In this document: one piece after another, positions 27,988 through 36,557 of the stretch
Numbering within the stretch: the stretch's first letter is position 1
Layout: each line of letters starts with the position of its first letter
NCBI GenBank assembly: GCA_001003705.1
Contig: LCPQ01000001.1
Span: 1 to 56,007, forward strand
DNA from: Parcubacteria group bacterium GW2011_GWA2_48_9
Lineage (GTDB): Bacteria > Patescibacteriota > Patescibacteriia > UBA10025
Length of the DNA stretch: 56,007 nt
Direction: 5' to 3'
Translations under genes and position numbers: made by a program
Notes under the pieces: generated by a model
Databases searched by the model: none
What the model saw: the letters and a program-made list of their open reading frames with translations, nothing else
What the model was told of the DNA's origin: nothing

Positions 27988-29106
27988 ATGGAAGAACAGT
28001 CAATATCACTTCTTGATAGAGTAATATCCAGCAAAAAAACAGCGGAAATCGAGCAATTCCAGCCACTTGAAACTATAGCGGCACTTTTGAAACATCTGCC
28101 GTACCGTGAAGAAGACGTGCTCAGGAGAAGGTACGGACTGAGTGCTTCAGAACCAGAGACGCTCGAGGGGATTGGGAAATTATACGGCGTTACTCGTGAG
28201 AGAATACGTCAAGTAGAGTCGTCTGCTATATTGAAGTTGCGAGGATTAAAGAGTTTTCGAGAATTAGTTAAGCCGGTTCAAGACACCATCGCATCAGTGC
28301 TTGAACAGCATGGAGGGGTGATGCGCGAGGAGTCTCTTTTTGCCCACGTTTTACAAATTGCTGGCAATACGGAACAGAATCGTCGAGCAGTGCATTTTAT
28401 GCTATCCGAGCTTCTCAAGGATGTTTTTCAGAAAATCAAACCTACGCGGGAATTACGTGGCTCATGGAAACTTACGGCCGCACCACTACATCTACTCAAT
28501 ATGTCACTAGAGAGACTCATCGATATCATCAGACATGCTGGAAAGCCCGCGCTATTTCATGATTTATACGAGCATGTATCAAAGGACCCTTTTTTCCAAG
28601 AACATGCTTCTCAGTTAACTGAGGATGCTGTCGCCTCATATATAGAGATTAGCCAGCACATAGATAAGAACCCGTATCAGGAGTATGGGCTCATAGAATG
28701 GGGGAACATTGCACCAAAAAGGATGGATGATAAAATATATCTCGTACTAAAAAAACATGGTAAGCCGATGCATTTCACAAAAATTGCGGAAATGATTAAC
28801 CAGATGCACTTTGACGAACGGAAGGCATACCCTCCAACAGTGCATAATGAGTTAATTCTTTCCGAAAAATATGTTCTGATTGGACGGGGTATTTATGCTC
28901 TCAAGGAATGGGGATACACACCCGGGATAGTTGCTGACGTACTTGTACGGACATTGAAGGCCGCGGGAAAGCCGCTATCTCGTAACGACCTCGTTGAAGC
29001 TGTTTTAAAGCAGCGAATTGTTAAGAAGAATACCATCTATCTTGCATTGACTGACAAAAAGGCTTTCCACAGAATGTCTGATGGTACCTATACGCTTGCG
29101 GAATAA
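27988..29106 (+). CDS. sigma70 region-4 HTH protein with tandem winged-helix (HARE-HTH/RNAP delta-like) domains
   Basis: N-terminal LPYREEDVLRRRYGL...TLEGIG..YGVTRERIRQVE. Repeated L..xGKP[MLA] units ending in GIYAL/GTYTL. No sigma region 2. Confidence 0.82.
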   Translation: MEEQSISLLDRVISSKKTAEIEQFQPLETIAALLKHLPYREEDVLRRRYGLSASEPETLEGIGKLYGVTRERIRQVESSAILKLRGLKSFRELVKPVQDTIASVLEQHGGVMREESLFAHVLQIAGNTEQNRRAVHFMLSELLKDVFQKIKPTRELRGSWKLTAAPLHLLNMSLERLIDIIRHAGKPALFHDLYEHVSKDPFFQEHASQLTEDAVASYIEISQHIDKNPYQEYGLIEWGNIAPKRMDDKIYLVLKKHGKPMHFTKIAEMINQMHFDERKAYPPTVHNELILSEKYVLIGRGIYALKEWGYTPGIVADVLVRTLKAAGKPLSRNDLVEAVLKQRIVKKNTIYLALTDKKAFHRMSDGTYTLAE

Positions 29107-29139
29107 TTTCCGCGTTTAACCCATCGCTCTTTTTCTCCT

Positions 29140-30537
29140 ATGGGAGACTTTCTTGATCCTTCAGCGTTAACACGCGTAGACAACCCATTTGATGCCATGC
29201 TTTTTCTCATCCAGCACGGGGGATGGGTAGTTTTAGTGATCACTACCATGTGGGGCATTTGGATTGGCTGGCTGGAGTACATTAGGAATAGATATGACGC
29301 GAGCGTTGAGTTCGCTTTACTAGCAATTGACATACCAAAAAATAATGAACAAAGCCCAAAGGCTGTTGAGCACATTTTTTCTCACTTCACTGGTATTCAG
29401 AAGCACGGCACACTCTACGAACGTTACGTGAAAGGGTATAATCAGCAAGGCTTTAGTTTGGAAATAGTGAGTATAGAGGGGTACATTCAATTCTTAATAA
29501 GAACTCCGAAGGAGTTTCGCGATTTAGTTGAGGCAGCCACCTACGCCCAGTATCCTGATGCGGAGATTACTGAAGTTGAGGATTACATCGACAGCATGCC
29601 TAAGCCGTTAGAACTGCCCCACAAAGATTATGATCTTTATGGAACCGAATTTAAGCTTGAAAGAAAGGATGTGTATCCGATAAAAACCTATCCACAATGG
29701 GAGCATCCCTTAACTCAAACCTTTCTTGACCCTATGGCTTCTCTTCTTGAAATCATGTCTCGCTTTGGGCCGGGAGAGCAGCTATGGCTTCAGATAGTAA
29801 TTGCCCCAATTGACCCGGAGTGGAGAAAAAGAGGCATTGCCCTAATCCGAAAACTTATTGGAAAAAAGTCTGAAAGTAAAGGAACCGACTGGTTCTATTT
29901 CCCTCGAGAGGTTTCCCGTGGGTTAACTGAATCAATAACAAGTAGTATCATCCCGCCGAGTGAAGGCCAAAGACCAGAGAAAAAGGAGCGCGAATGGCCA
30001 TCACTTATGCAGCATTTATCACCCGATGAACGCGCCACAGTTGAGGCAATTGGGTATAAAATTGCCAAGATTGGCTTTTTAAGCAAGATTAGAATGGTTT
30101 ACTATGCCCGAAAAGAGGTTATGCAAAAATCAAAGGGCGTAAACGCAATTGTAGGTGCTATCAAGCAGTTTAATACATTGGATCTCAACGCATTTAAAGT
30201 CGATAAAAAATCCCGCACGAAAGTATACTATGTCCGCGTGAAAAATAGACTGTTATGGCGACAGCGCCGTATCTTATGGGGGTACCGCTACAGAAGCCTC
30301 AAGAGAGGTAGAAACCGCTATGTGCTTAACACAGAAGAACTCGCTTCAATTTTTCACTTCCCTGTGATGACTGTTCGCGCACCGTTGGTTCAGAAGGCAC
30401 AAACAAAGAAGTCGGAACCGCCTTCGAAACTTCCTATCGAACATTTTTTTAATACTCCAGAGCCCGTATCAGTCGGATCTGGCGTCCAAACAGCAGAAGA
30501 GCGGGGTACGCCCCCAGCAAATCTTCCATTCGCCTAG
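29140..30537 (+). CDS. membrane-anchored hypothetical protein, probable partner of the downstream ATPase
   Basis: 465 aa ORF with an N-terminal TM (GWVVLVITTMWGIWIGW); motifs FSLEIVS, YAQYPDAEITEVEDY, LNTEELASIFHFP. Ends 2 bp before the ATPase. Confidence 0.8.
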   Translation: MGDFLDPSALTRVDNPFDAMLFLIQHGGWVVLVITTMWGIWIGWLEYIRNRYDASVEFALLAIDIPKNNEQSPKAVEHIFSHFTGIQKHGTLYERYVKGYNQQGFSLEIVSIEGYIQFLIRTPKEFRDLVEAATYAQYPDAEITEVEDYIDSMPKPLELPHKDYDLYGTEFKLERKDVYPIKTYPQWEHPLTQTFLDPMASLLEIMSRFGPGEQLWLQIVIAPIDPEWRKRGIALIRKLIGKKSESKGTDWFYFPREVSRGLTESITSSIIPPSEGQRPEKKEREWPSLMQHLSPDERATVEAIGYKIAKIGFLSKIRMVYYARKEVMQKSKGVNAIVGAIKQFNTLDLNAFKVDKKSRTKVYYVRVKNRLLWRQRRILWGYRYRSLKRGRNRYVLNTEELASIFHFPVMTVRAPLVQKAQTKKSEPPSKLPIEHFFNTPEPVSVGSGVQTAEERGTPPANLPFA

Positions 30538-30539
30538 CT

Positions 30540-32210
30540 ATGTCGACAGACCAAAATAACATAGAAATAACCGTATTCGCTAAAACAAACTTCCGTAATC
30601 AGGACAGGCGTTTTGGCATTAAGATAGATGATCGTCGCCGTCACATGTATTTGATAGGGAAAACCGGCATGGGGAAGACGACAGTATTAGAGAACATGAT
30701 TATCGCAGATATTCGATCTGGCAGAGGACTCGCCGTGGTTGATCCTCACGGCGACCTTGTTGAGAAGGTGATCAATTTCATACCGTCATATCGAATCAAC
30801 GATGTGGTGTATATGAATCCTGGTGATTTAGAATATCCTATTGGATTTAATGTATTAGAAAGCGTTGACATCACCCAGCGCCATCTTGTCGCGTCAGGAC
30901 TCATGGGCGTTTTCACGAAGATATGGGAAGGAGTCTGGAGTGCACGAATGGAATACATTCTCAATAACTGTATATTAGCGTTACTCGAATATCCGGGCTC
31001 CACGATGCTCGGCATCGCCAGAATACTCGTCGACAAAGGGTTTCGCAGAAAAGTGATTGAAAAGATCACTGATCCCGTAGTCAAAAGTTTTTGGAAAGAC
31101 GAGTACGCGGCGTATAACGACAAGTTCAGAAACGAGGCAATAGCACCGATACAGAATAAAGTAGGACAGTTCCTCTCCAGTGCGCTGATTCGAAATATAG
31201 TTGGTCAGCCGAAAAGTACGATCGATTTACGTAATCTCATGGATACGGAGAAGATAGTACTTCTGAACCTTGCGAAAGGAAGAATTGGCGAAGCCAGCTC
31301 GTCACTTCTCGGAGCAATGATGATAACACGTCTCCAACTAGCAGCAATGAGCCGCGTTGACATTCCCGAAGAAGAACGAAAGGACTTCTTTCTCTATGTA
31401 GATGAGTTTCAGAACTTTGCGACAGAAAGTTTTGCCGGCATACTCTCAGAAGCTAGAAAATACCGATTGGACCTGATTCTGGCACACCAATATATTGAGC
31501 AGCTGAGTGAAGAGGTTCGCGCGGCAGTTTTCGGAAACGTCGGAACCATCATGTGTTTTCGTGTCGGCGCTGCTGATGCCGAGTTTCTCGCGAAAGAATT
31601 TTTTCCAACTTTTGCTGAGGAAGATTTGCTTAACCTAACAAAATACAACGTATACATGAAACTGATGATCGATGGTGTTGCATCTGAGCCATTTTCTGCG
31701 TCTACATTACCACCGCTTGCTGGCCTCACCAACAATCGGGATAAGGTGATCGATGTTTCACGTGAACGGTATGGAAAACCTAGAGCTATTGTTGAGGAGA
31801 AAATTCTTCGCTGGAGCGGTGTAGATGAGGTATTTCGTGCAACAGCTGAAGAAGAGAACGAATCGTTCCACCAAATCGAGCCTATATATCGCGAGGGAAG
31901 TAAACGGCCGCAACAACGTCCGTTCCAAGAGCGTTTCGACCGGCCGCGACCTGATAGACGCCCCCAGAGAAGGCAAGCGCCACCCACTGAGGTCATACGA
32001 GATGTCCGGCCAGTAGAAGTAAACACTGAGCCAGCCATTTCGCTGCGTGAAGCGCTTACGCGCACACCGACTTCTATTCACCAAAAGAAGCCAACACCAC
32101 CTCAGCAGAACCAGCAAAAGACGTATCAGCAGCCGCCTCAATATCCACAACATCACCTTAATCCCGGCGAAATTGCACACCCGCTACCTCCAAACTCATC
32201 GAGCCACTAA
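30540..32210 (+). CDS. VirD4/TraD/TrwB-like (HerA/FtsK superfamily) ATPase
   Basis: RRRHMYLIGKTGMGKT (Walker A), VVDPHGD, LYVDEFQNF (Walker B), SEARKY, AHQ, FGNVGT; Pro/Gln-rich tail. Confidence 0.9.
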   Translation: MSTDQNNIEITVFAKTNFRNQDRRFGIKIDDRRRHMYLIGKTGMGKTTVLENMIIADIRSGRGLAVVDPHGDLVEKVINFIPSYRINDVVYMNPGDLEYPIGFNVLESVDITQRHLVASGLMGVFTKIWEGVWSARMEYILNNCILALLEYPGSTMLGIARILVDKGFRRKVIEKITDPVVKSFWKDEYAAYNDKFRNEAIAPIQNKVGQFLSSALIRNIVGQPKSTIDLRNLMDTEKIVLLNLAKGRIGEASSSLLGAMMITRLQLAAMSRVDIPEEERKDFFLYVDEFQNFATESFAGILSEARKYRLDLILAHQYIEQLSEEVRAAVFGNVGTIMCFRVGAADAEFLAKEFFPTFAEEDLLNLTKYNVYMKLMIDGVASEPFSASTLPPLAGLTNNRDKVIDVSRERYGKPRAIVEEKILRWSGVDEVFRATAEEENESFHQIEPIYREGSKRPQQRPFQERFDRPRPDRRPQRRQAPPTEVIRDVRPVEVNTEPAISLREALTRTPTSIHQKKPTPPQQNQQKTYQQPPQYPQHHLNPGEIAHPLPPNSSSH

Positions 32211-32347
32211 TCCCACACTGTAGCCGCACTTGATTCTTTTCCTTGGCCTGGTACCATAATGTGGCGCTTTTAAGGTACACGGCTCGTTATGGCCGTATTA
32301 CCTGTTTGACAGTGACTGCAAGTAACCCAGTCAACGAGGAGCTGCTC

Positions 32348-32641
32348 ATGCAAAATACAAACAAAGTTGTTCTTAAAGGAACCGTGCTTACAGCCCACGA
32401 AGTTGGCGCCCTCAAAACTCTGGGGCCAGGGATATGGTTAGATGATGCACATTCTTGTGATGTGAGACTCATCGCTGTAATGCCAAGTGAACAGGTGGTA
32501 GATCTTGGCACGGTTGATGTCAGTCTTGCCGAAGTTGGGAGAGGAGATCTTCTGAAGGGCCCGTACAGGCTCGAGGACGGTACAGAGGTGTGTATCTCAA
32601 GTACTGTCACAGATTTCACCCAGTTTCTTATCGAGACATGA
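32348..32641 (+). CDS. orphan hypothetical protein (97 aa)
   Basis: GAGGAG Shine-Dalgarno at 32336-32341 before the ATG; downstream hairpin terminator; no recognisable motif. Confidence 0.6.
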   Translation: MQNTNKVVLKGTVLTAHEVGALKTLGPGIWLDDAHSCDVRLIAVMPSEQVVDLGTVDVSLAEVGRGDLLKGPYRLEDGTEVCISSTVTDFTQFLIET

Positions 32642-32675
32642 ACGGCGCAAAAACACCTGTTGCCGTTCTTTTCTT
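32640..32675 (+). terminator. probable intrinsic terminator
   Basis: GAACGGC (32640-32646) / GCCGTTC (32662-32668) followed by TTTTCTT. Confidence 0.55.
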
Positions 32676-32688
32676 ATATTGCTACTAT
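32660..32688 (+). promoter_or_regulatory. probable extended -10 promoter of mnmA-alaS
   Basis: TTGCCG, 17 bp, TACTAT with TGn. The ATG follows after an 8-nt gap. Confidence 0.55.
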
Positions 32689-32696
32689 TTTGAATT

Positions 32697-33770
32697 ATGA
32701 AGGGTAGAGTTTTTTTAGGGATGTCGGGTGGTGTTGATTCCGCAGTTGCTGGGGCGATTTTATTACAGCAAGGTTATGAAGTACATGGTGTATTCATTAA
32801 AGCATGGGAAAAAACTGTTTCAACCCAAGCCGTGTGTCCATGGGAAGAAGACCAACGCGAGGTTGAGCGTGTCTGTAAACACCTAGACATACCATGGGAG
32901 ACGTGGAATCTCACACGGGAATATTCAACTCGCGTTTTTGATTACATGATCAGGGAATTTCAAAATGGCCGTACGCCTAATCCCGATATTATGTGTAATA
33001 GGGAAATTAAGTTTAATGAGTTTCTTAAGCGCGCAATGGCTGCTGGGGCCGACTTTATTTCAACTGGACACTATGCGAGATGTGTGAGTGAAGGCCATGA
33101 GTACATGCTATGTAAAGGCGTTGACACGGAAAAAGATCAATCGTACTTTCTATACACACTTAGTCAGGAACAATTGGCAAAAACACTATTTCCGATTGGG
33201 GAAATGACAAAAAATGCTGTTCGCATGCTTGCTAGGAAACTTAGACTTCCAAATGCAGACAGGAAAGACAGCCAAGGCATATGTTTCATTGGTAATGTAA
33301 AAATGAAGGATTTTTTACAACCGTATCTAAATCAACGCGTGGGCCAGGTTCTCGATAATCATGGGAGGAGCGTAGGAACACATGCGGGGCAGGCTTTTTT
33401 TACTATCGGCCAGCGCCACGGCATTGGGGTTGGCGGAGGTGCGCCATACTATGTCGTTGCCAAAAACTCAGAAACAAACACCATTACGGTTGCTCGTGAA
33501 AATCATGATACACTACTGCTATCCAGCTTCTTGACTGCTCAGGAGCCCTCATGGGTAGGTAAGTCGACCACTTTTCCACTTGCCTGCACAGCCAAGATAC
33601 GTTACAGACAACCAGACCAGGATTGCTTCGTAACAGAAGCTGGGATGAATCTCAATGTTTCATTCACTCAGCCGCAGCGGGCGGTAACACCTGGACAATC
33701 AGTAGTCTTTTACCAACAAGGGAAAGTGTTAGGAGGCGCCATTATCAGCAATGCACATGACAACAAATAG
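32697..33770 (+). CDS. mnmA: tRNA 2-thiouridylase MnmA
   Basis: MSGGVDS, GRTPNPDIMCNREIKF, TGHYAR, KDQSYFL, DSQGICF, RAVTPGQ. Confidence 0.98.
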   Translation: MKGRVFLGMSGGVDSAVAGAILLQQGYEVHGVFIKAWEKTVSTQAVCPWEEDQREVERVCKHLDIPWETWNLTREYSTRVFDYMIREFQNGRTPNPDIMCNREIKFNEFLKRAMAAGADFISTGHYARCVSEGHEYMLCKGVDTEKDQSYFLYTLSQEQLAKTLFPIGEMTKNAVRMLARKLRLPNADRKDSQGICFIGNVKMKDFLQPYLNQRVGQVLDNHGRSVGTHAGQAFFTIGQRHGIGVGGGAPYYVVAKNSETNTITVARENHDTLLLSSFLTAQEPSWVGKSTTFPLACTAKIRYRQPDQDCFVTEAGMNLNVSFTQPQRAVTPGQSVVFYQQGKVLGGAIISNAHDNK

Positions 33771-35607
33771 CCTTCGTAAGAAATTTCTACAATTTTTTAA
33801 AAAAAATGGTCATACTGTCTTACCGTCTTCGAGTTTGATTCCTGCTAACGACCCATCAGTGCTTTTCACGACTGCTGGAATGCAGCAGTTTAAGTCGTAT
33901 TTTTTAGGGAAAAAGGATGCGCAGAAGGATTTCGGGTCCAGGCGACTGGCTACTTCCCAGCTTTGCATTCGAACCTCTGATATTGAATCAGTAGGGGATG
34001 TATCTCATTTAACATTTTTTGAGATGCTTGGAAATTTTTCGATTGGTGACTACTTTAAGAAAGAGGCCATCGATCTTGGGTACCAATTTTTGGTTCATCG
34101 GGCGCACCTACAACCTGAGAAAATATACGCCACCTACTTTTCTGGAGCTGATGGGCTACCTGAAGATCGTGAGGCGCGAACACTTCTCGAAAATCATGTT
34201 GCTGCGGGTCGGATACACGGCTTTCCAAAAAAAGACAACTGGTGGGGGCCGACTGGTGACGCAGGCCCGTGTGGTCCATGTGCCGAATTCCATTACGATC
34301 TTACGGGCGTGTCATGTGAAAAGGGGACGCTCTGCATACCGAATTGTACGTGCGGAAGATTCGTTGAAATATGGAATCTTGTGTTTACTGAGTACGATTT
34401 TCACCCTGGCAAAAAACTCGCCTTACTTCCACAAAAAAATATTGATACTGGCCTTGGGCTCGAGAGACTCGCCATGGCAGTGCAGAAAAAAACAAGTGTC
34501 TACGAGACTGATGGCTATGAATCGCTTATCGACGCGATAACGAGTGATAAAAATTTCGGATCATTGGGCGCCTCTGAAGATAAACGACGCGTACGAATTG
34601 TCGCCGACCATTTGAAAGCGTGTTTTTTTATTGTTATCGAAGGAGTTCAATTCTCGAACAAGGAACGCGGATATGTGCTTCGGCGTTTATACAGGCGGGC
34701 GGCAGATCAGTTCATGCAGCCCTCTTTTTCGTTTTTCCCCTTTATGGAATTAATTGCACGTCAGTATGAGGTCCTCTCCCCTCAACTCTCCAAAAGTCTC
34801 GATGAAGTTCGACAGTTATTGGAGCGTGAGGATGTTTCATACAAAAAAATATTGAGCGTAAACGTTGAGGATGCAGTGAAGAAGTATTTAACACACACAA
34901 CAGTTCCTGACACACAACAGCATGGCATTCCGTCAAAACGCGCGCTCCCAGCATCTGATGCCTTTCAATTATACTCCACTTATGGAATTTCCCCTGAACG
35001 ACTCCAGCGTGCCGGATTTACATTCTCAATTACCGATTTCGACAAGGAGGTAGCCTCTCATCAGGAAAAATCTCGAGCTGGCTCTGAAAGCAAATTTGGA
35101 GGTCACGGCCTTTCTAGTCTCGATGCCACTTCATACTCCGATAAGGAGCGCTGGCAGATTACTAAGTTGCATACGGCAACGCACCTACTTCACCAGGCAC
35201 TTCGAAGCATTTTAGGTAACCATGTTCGCCAACAAGGATCAGATATTACCCCAGAACGTTTACGCTTCGACTTTGAACATCCAGAAAAGTTGACCGACCA
35301 GCAAAAGAAATCCATCGAAGAACTTGTTAATGCGATTATCCAGCAAGACCTTCAGGTAACCCACGAGGAAATGTCTCTCGATGACGCGCTGGCGTCGGGC
35401 GCACTGTCATTTTTCCGAGAAAAATATCCACCCAGAGTGACTATATATCGTGTCGGTGATTTCAGTAAGGAGATATGCGGTGGCCCTCATGTTACGCATT
35501 CGAAACAAATTGGGAAATTCTCAATAGCATCTGAAAAGTCTTCATCTGCCGGAGTAAGGCGTATCAAGGCAGTCGTTGACGGAGGCAATGATGCGCCAGA
35601 TCCTTGA
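33757..35607 (+). CDS. alaS: alanine--tRNA ligase, short form without C-Ala
   Basis: LFTTAGMQQFK, HLTFFEMLGNFS, EIWNLVF, IDTGLGLER; editing motifs HTATHLLH and EICGGPHV. Confidence 0.96.
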   Translation: MTTNSLRKKFLQFFKKNGHTVLPSSSLIPANDPSVLFTTAGMQQFKSYFLGKKDAQKDFGSRRLATSQLCIRTSDIESVGDVSHLTFFEMLGNFSIGDYFKKEAIDLGYQFLVHRAHLQPEKIYATYFSGADGLPEDREARTLLENHVAAGRIHGFPKKDNWWGPTGDAGPCGPCAEFHYDLTGVSCEKGTLCIPNCTCGRFVEIWNLVFTEYDFHPGKKLALLPQKNIDTGLGLERLAMAVQKKTSVYETDGYESLIDAITSDKNFGSLGASEDKRRVRIVADHLKACFFIVIEGVQFSNKERGYVLRRLYRRAADQFMQPSFSFFPFMELIARQYEVLSPQLSKSLDEVRQLLEREDVSYKKILSVNVEDAVKKYLTHTTVPDTQQHGIPSKRALPASDAFQLYSTYGISPERLQRAGFTFSITDFDKEVASHQEKSRAGSESKFGGHGLSSLDATSYSDKERWQITKLHTATHLLHQALRSILGNHVRQQGSDITPERLRFDFEHPEKLTDQQKKSIEELVNAIIQQDLQVTHEEMSLDDALASGALSFFREKYPPRVTIYRVGDFSKEICGGPHVTHSKQIGKFSIASEKSSSAGVRRIKAVVDGGNDAPDP

Positions 35608-35632
35608 CGGGAAGCCCGTGCTTCGGTAAAAT
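35604..35632 (+). promoter_or_regulatory. promoter of the infA-rpsI operon
   Basis: TTGACG (which contains the alaS TGA stop), 17 bp, TAAAAT. Confidence 0.72.
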
Positions 35633-35653
35633 AAAGCCAATATACCCCTGTTC

Positions 35654-35727
35654 GCACGAACGTGGCTAGCCTTAGCGGAAGTTTGCAGGTTCTAAAAGCT
35701 GCATGTTTTAGGGCCATACGTTCTTGC
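35654..35727 (+). other. candidate structured 5' leader RNA
   Basis: GCA-C-GAACGT-GGC can pair with GCC-AT-ACGTTC-T-TGC; inner repeats TGCAG/CTGCA and CTAAAA/TTTTAG. Confidence 0.4.
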
Positions 35728-35747
35728 CAAGTGGTTAGATCGATTTT

Positions 35748-36038
35748 ATGATTCCCCAATTCCGACGGAGGAGAAAAAAAGAAAAGAGCAACGAGGAGCG
35801 TCTACGAGAGGATCTGGCGCAGAAGAAGGAAAGTAATTTCCTTCAAGTGCGTGGTACCGTGGAAGAATTGTTGCCATCAGCGATGTTCAGGGTTCGCCTT
35901 GATAATGGCCACGAAGTACTGGCACATCTTTCCGGAAAAATGCGCATGTACAGAATTCGTCTTCTCCCTGGCGATGCAGTCACGCTAGAAATGACCCCTT
36001 ATGATCTGACGAAAGGAAGAATAACCTATCGACACTAA
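35748..36038 (+). CDS. infA: translation initiation factor IF-1 (start uncertain)
   Basis: [13 protein letters not shown]...LAHLSGKMR...[18 protein letters not shown]. Confidence 0.95.
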   Translation: MIPQFRRRRKKEKSNEERLREDLAQKKESNFLQVRGTVEELLPSAMFRVRLDNGHEVLAHLSGKMRMYRIRLLPGDAVTLEMTPYDLTKGRITYRH

Positions 36039-36042
36039 TAGT

Positions 36043-36156
36043 ATGAAAGTTGGTGCATCAATTAAAGTAAGGTGTAAAAACTGCCGAGTCGTGCATAGGG
36101 GCAAAACTATGTATATTATATGCTCGAATCCTAAACATAAGCAGAGACAGGGTTAA
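36043..36156 (+). CDS. rpmJ: 50S ribosomal protein L36 (not in the ORF track)
   Basis: Hand translation gives [37 protein letters not shown], the zinc-ribbon type. Confidence 0.97.
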   Translation: MKVGASIKVRCKNCRVVHRGKTMYIICSNPKHKQRQG

Positions 36157-36159
36157 CCT

Positions 36160-36552
36160 ATGGCTACACGCATTGCCGGAGTCACTTTACCGGTAAATAA
36201 AAGGATTGAGGTTGCGCTGACTTATATTTTTGGCATTGGAAGAACACGTTCTTCACAGATTTTAAAAAGTGTCAATATAGATCCGAATCGACGATCAGAA
36301 ACACTCACTGAATCCGAGGTTGCTGTTTTAAAAGATTATATTGAAAAGCAATTTACTGTTGAAGGCGATTTGCGCAGAGAGGTAGTCTCAAATATTAAAC
36401 GGCTCAAGGAAATTGGTTCATACCGGGGATCTCGGCATATTAAAGTACTTCCTGTGCACGGCCAGCGTACAAAAACTAATTCACGAACAGTGCGTGGCAA
36501 CGTCCGCAGAACAATGGGAAGCGGTAGAAAGCCCTCTGCTGAAAAAACCTAA
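36160..36552 (+). CDS. rpsM: 30S ribosomal protein S13
   Basis: [35 protein letters not shown]. Confidence 0.98.
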   Translation: MATRIAGVTLPVNKRIEVALTYIFGIGRTRSSQILKSVNIDPNRRSETLTESEVAVLKDYIEKQFTVEGDLRREVVSNIKRLKEIGSYRGSRHIKVLPVHGQRTKTNSRTVRGNVRRTMGSGRKPSAEKT

Positions 36553-36557
36553 TAACC

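Noticed and set aside
31409-32065. 218-aa minus-strand ORF
   Set aside because: It lies entirely antisense to the well-supported ATPase gene; a shadow ORF.
27988-32641. Integrative conjugative element or prophage
   Set aside because: I saw no integrase, relaxase, VirB4/MPF or phage genes, no flanking direct repeats and no obvious composition shift.
34019-34540. 173-aa alternate-frame ORF inside alaS
   Set aside because: It overlaps conserved AlaRS motifs in another frame and has no recognisable features.
35720-35775. GCCAAGTGGT resembling a tRNA D-arm
   Set aside because: There is no TTCGA T-loop, anticodon arm or acceptor stem at the right spacing.
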